Origin: an uncultured virus (IMG/VR IMGVR_UViG_3300032116_000129)
Lineage: Duplodnaviria; Heunggongvirae; Uroviricota; Caudoviricetes
Virus record (IMG/VR): IMGVR_UViG_3300032116_000129
DNA length: 20,000 nt
Strand: one strand, 5' to 3'
The notes beneath the pieces are model-generated. The model was not told the DNA's origin. It saw nothing but the letters and a program-made list of their open reading frames with translations, and made no database searches. Below, one piece after another: positions 7,496 through 18,400 of this stretch; position 1 is the stretch's first letter; every line of letters starts with the position of its first letter. The position numbers and the translations under genes were made by a program.

Positions 7496-9433
7496 TTACT
7501 TTCTAAAACTAGTTGCCAAACCACCTAAAATAAACTTACCTGTTATTTTAAACGGTTTACTGTATATAGATTTATCTCGTATAACAATACCTTCATGCTC
7601 TGTAACTGGACCTAACGGAGAAGTTAATTTTTCTAACACTGCATCCCCTAACTTCATAGTAGCCATGTAAATAGTAAATCCATCAATCGCTAACTGATAA
7701 TCTTTAGGATCTGCTACCCATTCTGATAAAGGAACTCCGTCAGCTATTTTAATTAACACTTCTTTAGAAAGTGCACCAATGTCTTTACCTTCTTTAGTTT
7801 TAATTCTAGAGTCTTTAGGATTAGTTGCCTTTGACAATAGAGTCTTAAGAGACTTAGTTACTTTTTTGTCAGGAGTTAAATTAATTGTATACGTTTTACT
7901 TAACGCTGCATCTAAATTAGGAGTACCTTCTAGTTTAGTAGGAACTGACCCTAACACTTCGTATCCTTGTTTACTAGCAACAGGAGTTAAGTTAATAATT
8001 AACTGCTTCATTACAGCTTTATTATAACTTTTTTCTGAAGTAGCTCTTTTAGTTGGAGTTACCTGCTTAATTTCTAATAAACCGTGAATAGCTAAAAAGT
8101 TCTTACCATAATTTAATACGTTAGTTGATCCTGCAACGTATTCAATATTAAACATAATATTTGGATTGTCCCAAAGACCTAATTTCTTTAAGTCTGAAGT
8201 AATAGCTGGTATAGCTTCGTTAAATATGTCTAACACTTTGCCACCTACTATAATCATTCCATGGCCAGCTCCAAATCGATCTTCTAGTTCTGCTTTGGTA
8301 ATACCTTTTACATCCAATGGTTTATTGGATCCTCTATCCATTACAAACGTCTTTCGACCGTCAATTTCTACTAACCGTATAGAAGCGTTTACGCCGTCTA
8401 TTTTAACCGATGCTGCTGTCTTGGATAAGTAATCCACTGATTTGTTAAAGACGGAAATTAAGTCGGTTCCGCTAGTAACTGTAGGTATATCAAAGGGGTG
8501 CGCCATATGTCCTCCAGCTCCTCCCTCTTTTAGCAACTGCTCATACATTGGTACTCCGTATACCGTTTTAGGAAATTGATTAAAATTATAAGCAAACTCT
8601 TTTCCTATTTGCTTACGAAGAAATGCTTTTAACTTTTCTATTTTAGCGTTATGTGCTTGAGCTTGCTCTGGAGTTGGATACCCTTCAGATACAGACTCTG
8701 GTACGCAATTAGGCACTTGCTTCTTTCCTTTCTTTTTCATTCCTACTTGTTTATAGCCGTCCCAGCAAGGGTCGCTATCTTCGTCTAGGTTTAACGACTC
8801 AGACCACCAGTCTTTAGTAAAAAGATTCATTTCAGATTTTATTTTTAGTTTGTCAAATACCAGTTTAGCAATTTCAGGATTCCATGTCCCAAAAACTCCT
8901 TTAAAAACTTTTTGCTGATTTTCAGAAGATAAGTCGCTGCTTAACAATTTACGTAAACTTGTTCCTGACATTTCACCATACCCAGGAACGTTTAACGACA
9001 CATGAGGCGCTACAAACAAGTATCCATGTTTATCGTATCCTTGTAAATTGTTTTTATTAGCTTCGTATGGTTTGTAAAACGATTCAGATCCGTCCTTTTT
9101 AGGTTTCATAGCAAACCGAGGATCTTCTCTCATATCTTTTTCTCCTACCATAAAAACAACAGCTGTTGTGTTAGGATCAAATTGTTGCAATATTTCTGTT
9201 GCAACGTAAGGTTGTTTAGTTAGCACAACGTCGTCTTGCAATCCATATAACGATAAAATTTGCTTTTTATCTTTAAATGTAAACGGAGATTTAGGAAATT
9301 CTACTTTGTCACTAGTTGCTATATATGTATTAGCCTGTCCGAATTTTTTCTGAAGAGCTCGGTAAGCAGTTTCGTGGTGCTTACCAAACGGTTGAAAACG
9401 TCCAGGATAAATTGCAATTACTTTTGATATCAT
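7496..9433 (-). CDS. Multidomain protein: HIGH-type (cytidylyltransferase/NMNAT-like) nucleotidyltransferase plus a C-terminal ATP-dependent ligase-like domain
   Basis: 645 aa. N-terminal YPGRFQPFGKHH and later MSGTSLR (SxTxxR-like). C-terminal VKIDG, NIEYV, EGIVIRD, FKITG. Confidence 0.7.
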   Translation of the reverse strand: MISKVIAIYPGRFQPFGKHHETAYRALQKKFGQANTYIATSDKVEFPKSPFTFKDKKQILSLYGLQDDVVLTKQPYVATEILQQFDPNTTAVVFMVGEKDMREDPRFAMKPKKDGSESFYKPYEANKNNLQGYDKHGYLFVAPHVSLNVPGYGEMSGTSLRKLLSSDLSSENQQKVFKGVFGTWNPEIAKLVFDKLKIKSEMNLFTKDWWSESLNLDEDSDPCWDGYKQVGMKKKGKKQVPNCVPESVSEGYPTPEQAQAHNAKIEKLKAFLRKQIGKEFAYNFNQFPKTVYGVPMYEQLLKEGGAGGHMAHPFDIPTVTSGTDLISVFNKSVDYLSKTAASVKIDGVNASIRLVEIDGRKTFVMDRGSNKPLDVKGITKAELEDRFGAGHGMIIVGGKVLDIFNEAIPAITSDLKKLGLWDNPNIMFNIEYVAGSTNVLNYGKNFLAIHGLLEIKQVTPTKRATSEKSYNKAVMKQLIINLTPVASKQGYEVLGSVPTKLEGTPNLDAALSKTYTINLTPDKKVTKSLKTLLSKATNPKDSRIKTKEGKDIGALSKEVLIKIADGVPLSEWVADPKDYQLAIDGFTIYMATMKLGDAVLEKLTSPLGPVTEHEGIVIRDKSIYSKPFKITGKFILGGLATSFRK

Positions 9434-9447
9434 GTATTTGATTTATT

Positions 9448-9455
9448 ATAAATAT
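9448..9455 (-). promoter_or_regulatory. Putative late-promoter motif ATATTTAT
   Basis: In the 37-nt gap, 14 nt upstream of ATG 9433. Confidence 0.5.
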
Positions 9456-9470
9456 TAATTAAGTAATATA

Positions 9471-12400
9471 TTATCTTTGAAACTCTATACTACCATTTTC
9501 TGCAGTCATACGCCGCGTTGCCGTAATTGTGACATACTTTACGAAATTTGATATAGTAGGGGTTGTAGCGAGATTTGTTGTGTTTTGCATCTGTAATACT
9601 AATTTAACAGTTTTTCCTCCTCCGTTGCCAATTCCCCATGAAGAACTAGGAAATGTAATATGCGAGTCTTGATCCATCGTCCACCAAATAGATCTAGCAT
9701 TAGTCCCAAGCAATGATAATTCTTTAGTACTACTAGTACCTCCGGCAATCCAATTATCGTATCTAGCGTCGCTATTCTGCAGCGACCCTGAATCGGCAGC
9801 GTACATTTGAAATCTTACCTGACCTTTATTATTTGTACTAGTAGCAGATCCTGAAACGTAATGATTGAATGATATTAATAGATGCGTTTCATACGGTAAT
9901 AAATGAAATACAAACGTACCTTTATCAATCCAACCGGTATCGTCTGACGTTGATATTAAACTATATTCAGTTGATATAGTAGCGGCAACTTGTCGACCTA
10001 AATTAAAAAAGTCTGCATATCCTTCATCGGTGTTAATATTTGTATATAACGGATTGTTTCCTATTTTTGTGCGAATTAACAAAGACGACCCTGATATTGT
10101 TCCATTAGATTTTAAATCTAATGCAGCTATCGATTGCGTAACGTTAGTTGTTGAGTATATTCGAGATGCGTCTAATGCAAATCCACCTATTTTTCCTCCG
10201 TCAAATAATACATCTGATCCTGTAATTTGTCCATTACTCTTAAGTATTAAATTATTTCCAGTATCGTTTATTTGAGTTGAAGTTAATGCAAATCCACCAA
10301 CAGTACCTCCGTTAAATAAAACGTTAGATCCAGTTATTGTACCATCCTGCTTAACATTAAATCTTGATGAAGATATAAAAAATGCAGATGCAGGGGTACC
10401 TCCTACAGAGCTTGATATAAAGAAAGTCGAACCTGCAGTAAATGCGTCATTTGAAAGAGTAAATGAACCTATTCTACCACCGTTAAAAAACACGTTTGAA
10501 CCTGATACTGTTCCATCTTGTCTTACATTAAATCGGCTACTGCTTATAAAGAATGCTGACGCTGGGGTACCGCCTACTGATGAAGATATAAAAAATGTAC
10601 TTCCTGCTGTCAATGCATCGTTAGTTAAAGCAAATGAGCCGATTCTTCCTCCAGTAAATAATACTTGAGATCCAGTTACATTTCCATTTGCCTTTACATT
10701 AAAATTAGAAGCTGATATAAAAAATTGATTGCCGGTAGCAGATCCTGATATAAAGAAGTTTGTGCTATTGGATAGAGTATCTCCGCTTATTGTAAATCCA
10801 GCAATAGTATTCAACGATCCTATGCTAACTAATCTAGTATTACCTGAATTGTAAATTTCTAAGTTATCTCCGGTGAACTGCATACGAGCACCGCCTTGAT
10901 CCCCTACACGGAAATTGTTAGTGGTATCTTTGCTCATGTATATACCATCACCATTAGTGAAACTAGTAGCGCCTCCTAATTCAATTTCACCGGCAGTTGT
11001 GTTTACTGCAAAGTTTGTAGCGGTTAGTGAACTCGCTCCTATTGTAAACCCTCCAATAGTACCACCGTTAAATAGTACATTGCTACCAGTTATTTGACCT
11101 GAACTTTTTAATACTAAATTATTACTAGCATCGTTTATTTGAGTTGAAGATAGCGTAAACCCACCAACCGTTCCTCCAGTAAATAATACACTTGAACCAG
11201 TTACGTTTCCGTTAGCTTTTACGTTGAAATTAGAGGCAGATATAAAGAAATTGTCTCCAGAAGCTGCCCCTGATATAAAGAAGTTTGTACTACTTAAAGC
11301 GTTACTGCTTATATTAAATCCACCAATGTTACCCGCAGTTGCAGTTACTGTTCCGGCCATTGTTACGTTACCAGCAGTGTCTAAATGAAAGTTGCTTGAA
11401 GAAATTCTAATATTACCGCCTGAACCTGATATATACTGATTAGCTCCACCTAATAAAAAGCTAGGAGTAAGTAATTCAGTGCTAGATCCAGATACTCGCA
11501 AATTAGTACCGTCCCAAGAAAACTCTGGATTAACATCGCCTCCTAACTTAAATGTACCATTGTTAAGATTAAATTCTGATCCAACGGATCCTCCGGTAGT
11601 CCAATTCGTTGATTGAATCTTACCAGTTTGAATCATGTTACCAGTTATTTTAGTGAATCCGTCATGATACGCTTCTTGAGCGCTATCTCTGCGATACAAC
11701 AAATCTAATAATTTAATTGAAGCTGATGGGTTCAATCCTCGATTCAATTCTCTAGCATTAGTATGTACCCACCTTCCGCCTCTAGGATTTGTTGCATAAA
11801 ACGCTACATATGCCGCAGTGGTATTGGATTCAGGGACTGCATCAGGCTGAGTAGAACCTGATATTGCTAATGGCACGCAAGTACTTGCACCATTCATATT
11901 AGTTTTTAAGCGCGTTGGTAAATTACCAGAATCACCTTCAGACGCAGTATAAAAAGACGTCCAGCCAAAGCCTATAGGATCGTTCGGTGATATACCGCCT
12001 ATACCAGTTGCTAGCGACGATGAAGTAAAATTACCATTTGTTGACTTTGCAGATGCAGCTATTATTGGCCATTCCGATCCGGCAGATCCTGTAGTATTAC
12101 TAGTAGTCGTGTCATTTCCTGTTGAAAATACTGAATATCCAGCGTCAAATAAATCTAATATTAATTTTGCTTTAGTGTTAGCTCCTAAAAATCCATAATC
12201 AAATACATACAAATCATATGACGAGCTAATATCAGATATTGTATCAGATCCTGTTACGGTGGATGTTAATGCACTTGGAAATCCATGACGCGTAAATATT
12301 ACATTTGTATTAGTATTGAATACCGTTGCGCCTGAACCAGATGATATCAACGCAGTAACGTAAGTCGATTTATCTCGTAACGAGGCAAAATCTTCTGTAT

Positions 12401-15400
12401 TAGTTACTGTTATGTCTCCGGTTATACTTAATGTAGTACCGTCCCAAGACAATTTATCTTTAAGTGATAATTGACCGGTATTGTCTACGTAAAATCCAGT
12501 ATTACTGTTATTAAATGTACCAGTTCCTGTAAATAATTTATTAGATTGTATATTAATACCTCCTATCGCACCAGCTGTTGCAGTTACTGTTCCAGCCATT
12601 GTTACGTTACCTGCAGTATCAAGATGGAAATTACTCGATGATATTCTTATCAATCCTCCTGATCCTGATATATACTGATTAGTGCCTCCTAAAAAGAAAC
12701 TAGGCGTTAATATTCGAGCAGATGATCCTGATACTGTTAAATTAGATCCATCAAACTTAAATGCATCACCTATACGAATCGATCTACCGGTTATATCTAC
12801 ATTTGGACTTGATAGCGAAAATCCGCCACGGGTAAACGTTAAATGACTTCCAGAATTGTCTATAAGACCAAAACTGCCACCACCTTTTAAATCAAATGCT
12901 CCGGGTGTTGTAGAATCGTACGCAGCAACAGAATAAAATTCCATTGTTGATGATGTTGGCAAGGTCCATATGGCTGGGTATAAGCTGGCAGTGTTATTAG
13001 TACCAGTGCTTCCGGTTGCAAACGGAGTCGTATAATTTTCGTTTTTATATACTTCATACTGAGTTCCAGATGAAGCTAATGGTTTCATTATTAACTTGTA
13101 TGTATCTCCAACTGTAACGGTAGTATCTAACACCGTTCTTTGAGTATTCCCTTCCCATATTAGTAAGTTTCCGTTAGTAAAATAAAAAGCGTGCACGTTA
13201 CCGGCGTAGTTGGTAGTTCCTGCATCTTCGGTAACGCCTAGCATCATTCTAGGCGACTGGTTTGTAACACCGCCAATTTCAAGTACTTTTGTATGAAACT
13301 CAAACACCGGTGAGTTGGCTCGTTGAAATGCTTTTTTACCTACAATAGCATAGTCCCATTGCGCATCATTGTTTTCTAAACGAAGAGCTCCACTCACAAT
13401 TCTAGCCTTCTCTCCAGCGTTGTTACTGTTATTATACCATAACGTAGAGTCTAACTCTGTACCGTTAAACGTGTCTAAAAATGCAGAACCGCCATTTAAC
13501 GCTCCTGCTACCCCATTTATATTAATGCTTCCAAATTTACCAATACCTGAACCAGTAAATGCTATTTCAGCAGCATCGTATGTTGTATCGCCTAGTAATA
13601 TTTGTTGATTGGTAGCATTTAGTGTTACATTTCCTGAACTTAACTTATCACTGTCTACTGTCCATCCAGCTATTTTTCCTCCGGTAAATAATACACTAGA
13701 ACCGGTTACGTTTCCATTTGCTTTAACATTGAAATTAGAAGCTGATATAAAGAATTGATTACTCGTTGCTGCTCCAGATATAAAGAAATTCGCACTACTT
13801 AATGCATTACTGCTTATATTAAATCCGCCAATGTTACCTGCAGTTGCTGTAACGGTACCTGCCATAGTAACATTGCCGGCAGTGTCTAAATGGAAGTTGC
13901 TTGATGATATTCTAATGTTACCGCTTGAACCAGAAATATATTGATTAGTACCTCCTAAAAAGAAATTCGGAGTTAGTATTTGAGCACTAGAACCTGATAC
14001 TCGTAGATTGGATCCGTCCCATAAGAAACTAGGATTAACATCTCCACCTAATTCAAATGTACCGTTATTCAAATCAAACATTGATCCGACTGTACTTCCA
14101 ACTGCCCAATTAGATGACATTAAACGGCCTGTCTTTATACTATCCCCATCAATTACAGTTTTACCTCCTCCTAATTGAGCGTTTCCTAAGTATATAGACT
14201 CAATTTCAGCATCTGTTAACGAGCCAGTGTATATACGAAATTCACTGAGTATTGTTTGGTTAGTATTTTCTCTAAAGACTCTTAAAGTTAAATCTGGAGC
14301 AGCAATAAATCCTGTAACTGGCACTCCAGCTGCTGTAAAAGTAGCTGTTTTAATTCTAACTCCGTTAACGTATAATTTTAGTGAATTAGCAGCAAAATCA
14401 GAAACAAATCCAATATGATAATTTGATCCAGTAATAAAATATCCAGCATCTGACGCTACAGATGGAAATACAGTTCCAGTACTTCCCTGTGCATTCCAAA
14501 CAAATTGCAAAGTAGGGTGCGCTCTTAATGCAGTGAAATCACTTGAATTTTCTATTCTAAAGTTATTAGAACCAGACACGTTACCAAAAGCGGTGCTAGA
14601 GGTAACTGCAAAAGCTAATATATCTCGATAATCTCCTAAAGGCGTTGTTGGTGTGTACCAAAAACACATTGTAAACTGTGCTGATGTGAGCGCGTCTTTA
14701 ATTGCTGAGCTAGTTACTGGTCTTATGTTTGATCCTCCGCCATCTCTTGCAGCAAATCCAGCTATTGTACCTGATCCTGATACAATTGTCGGGGCAATTG
14801 CATATGAACTAGTACCTGGACAATTTCCAGAAGCGTCAATAAAATTCAACGAATCCAATGGATAATATGCTAACAGCTTTTCTGCTGCCGGAGCATGCGG
14901 TATGCTACCTACTTCAATTTTACCTGAGAAGTAGCCATTGGTTGTATATAATCCATTGCCTGTAATAGTTCCAGCCGGTCCAAAGTTAGTGTCGTTGATA
15001 CCGGTTAAGTTACCCATTACCAACGTTGAGCTAGATATTTGAGTTGAAGTTAAAGTAAATCCGCCTATAGTACCTCCATTAAATAGTACATTTGAACCAG
15101 TTATTGTTCCATCTTGCTTAACATTAAATCGACTGCTGCTTATAAAAAATGCAGATCCAGGTGTACCAGATACTGAACTTGATATAAAAAATGTACTTCC
15201 TGCAGTGAATGCGTCGTTTGTTAACGTAAATGATCCAATCTTACCACCAGTGAATAAAACGTTTGATCCAGTTACGTCTCCATTACCTTTAATGTTAAAT
15301 TTAGATGATGAAATAAAGAATCCAGTAGATGTAGCTGATCCTGATAAATAAAATCCAGAACCAGTTATTGCGTCAGATGTAATAGCAAATCCTCCAATAG

Positions 15401-18400
15401 CTCCTGCAGTAGCAGTTACAGTTCCGACTACGTTTACAGATCCACTGAATAAAGCTGATGAAGCAGTTACATCGCCATTAGCTTTTACATTAAATTTTGA
15501 TGAAGATATAAAGAAATCATTACCAGTAGCAGATCCTGATATAAAGAAATTACTAGCGTTTGATAGAGTATTATTGCTTATAGTAAATCCTGCTATTTTA
15601 CCTCCAGTAAATAAAACATTAGATCCAGTTATTTGACCAGAATCTTTTAATAGTAAAGTTGCACCGCCTACATCGGCTATTTGAGTACTTGTTATATTGA
15701 ATCCACCTACTTTACCACCGGTGAATAACACCTGAGAGCCAGTAACATCGCCATTTCCTTTAATGTTAAATCTACTAGATGATAAGAAAAACGAAGTTCC
15801 GTTGTTAGTTGCAGATCCACTCAAATAAAATCCAGAGCCGGTTATTGCACTATCCGTAATAGCAAATCCACCAATGTTACCATCATTTGCATTTATTGTT
15901 CCTGATATAGATAATGTAGTTCCATTCCAGGATAATTTATCTTTAAGTGATAATTGGCCATTACTATCTAAATAAAATCCAGTATTACTGTTATTAAATG
16001 TACCCGTGCCTGTAAATAATTTACTAGACTGCATATTGATACCACCAATACTTCCAGTATTAGCAATAATCCCTCCCTGCAAAAATACGTTATCGGTTGC
16101 TAATCCAAATCCAGGATTGCTGTTTCCAAATACATAGCTACTATTTGCTAGACCCGATAAATCGCCTAATCGAGCTTTTAACTTAACATCATATATACCG
16201 CTGCCAGTTCTTTCAACAATGTCAATATATGGTGTAGTTTGATCATTTGGGTTAGCGTTTATACGAATAAATCCAGTTCCAATCTTACCAGTTGACACAA
16301 TTACTTGAGATGGCGAGTAGCTTTGTGCTTGGTTTGGCATATCTCCTAAACTTCCGCTATCTCCACTCACCCCATTTCCATAGCTTCTCGTAACGTAAAG
16401 TATGCCAGAAAAGTCGGTATCACTGCTAGGATTAAGACGCATGGTATCTCTTACTTGGAAATACTCAGTTGCAAATCCTGAATTATCAACTTTTTTAGCT
16501 GATAAAATTTCTCCATTAATGAATCCAGTTACGTTGTCAATTTGTATTGCAGGAGTGCCTGCTTCAATACTACCTGTAAAGTAAGATCCGCTATATATTG
16601 TTTGTATTTCAGCGGCTGATAGCGATCCGGTATAGAGACGCACATCTGCAATGTATCCTGGGAATCGCTCTGAATATGATCTGCCAACGCCTATGTTTAT
16701 AGGTGAGGTGTTTACTTTACTAAAAAGATTTACACTTGCAGAAGTAGCGTTACTTGTTAGGCCACTTTGAATTCCATCTACATATACTGTACGAGTGTAA
16801 TTAGCACCGTCAGGCGCAACTGTCAGTGCTATATGAGTCCATGTATTATTACGTAGTACGTTAGAGCGATCAAAACTACTAAAATCTGATTCATTTCCGG
16901 TACTAATACGCAATGATGCAGTTGTGCTAGATTGCACAACAAATCCTATATAAAACGGACCACGTAATGAGCTAGCTACAATAGAACTCGATTTTTCTAA
17001 TATAGATCCGGTTGGCGTACTCGATGTATACGAGCTAAAATTAGGACGTACCCAAGCCATTACAGTAAGACTAGCAGATTCAGCAGTTGTAATACCTGAT
17101 AATTGCGCCGGAACCGCTGCGGTAGCCCCAACTGTATGCGACCCAGAGGCTATTAACAATCCAGTGCCACCAATTGGTTTAAAAGTTTGAGTTGATGTTG
17201 GTAAATTAGCAATTGATGCAGTTACTAGACTAGCTATCGTTACATAGGTATTACCACTTCCTGCAATGTTTTGAATTGCGTTTGATCCCGAATATCCTCC
17301 GAACTTTAAATATACTAGTTGTGGTATTGATGTCGTAGCTTCTGATCCAGTAATTGTTGATGAATTAGCAACGTATAACTGACCTCCAACTGCATTTACT
17401 GTTTCTTTTTCAAATACTGCAGTTTTAAGCGTTCCTCTTATTCTTACATTCTCAAATTCAGCAAATCCATTATCTACTGCAGATATCTTCCAGCCTGTTT
17501 GATTTGATGCGTAGTCTGCAGTTTGCAGGGAACCTGCACTGTCAATTATAATATTTGTACCAGTAATTTTAGTAGAGTCAATAGTAAATCCACCTACTTT
17601 ACCTCCATTAAATAAAACATTTGATCCAGTTATCTGGCCGGAATCGCCTCGAAGTATTAAAGAGTTATTACTAGAAGATATTGCTGTACTAGTTATAGCG
17701 AACCCTCCTATAGTACCCGCGGTAGCTGTTATCGTACCTGACATTCTAACATTTCCATTTCGATCTAAATGAAAGTTGCTAGATGATATTTCTATATTAC
17801 CATTAGATCCGGATACGAATTGATTTGCGCCTCCTAAGAAAAATGTCGGAGTTAATATTCTTGTTGTTGAGCCTGAAATTAATAAATCAGTTCCATTCCA
17901 TTGAAATGAATCTTTTAAAGAAAATTGTCCAGAATTATTAACAAGAAACGAAGTATTTGAGTTACCATATGTGCCAGTGCCGATATAAATTTTATCTGAT
18001 GCTAGTGTTAGACCGCCTATTTTCCCTCCTGTAAATAATACTTGTGATCCTGTTATATCTCCGTCAGAAGTAACTTTAAATCTTGATGAAGATATGTAAT
18101 ACCCATTTAATCCTCCGCCAGCTAAACGTAATTTATCGTCGCTTGATCTTAAATAAGTAGATTCGATATTCCACCCTCCGATTAAACCTGCAGATGCCGT
18201 GACAGTACCTTGAAATACTGCTCCAGATGCAAATAATACTCCACTACTAGAAACAGAAAAATTAGGTCCAAATTTAACGTAATATTTATTTGTTCTAGAT
18301 TGTCCTTCGTTAGGGGTAAAATCAATATAATACTCGTCAGCTAATATGTCAAATGGAGCTGTAGTATCACTTCCTGGGCCCTTATTGCTCATATATAAAG

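Noticed and set aside
7483..7524. Longer N-terminus for the Zn-ribbon protein
   Set aside because: It overlaps the upstream gene end. ATG at 7482 is more parsimonious.
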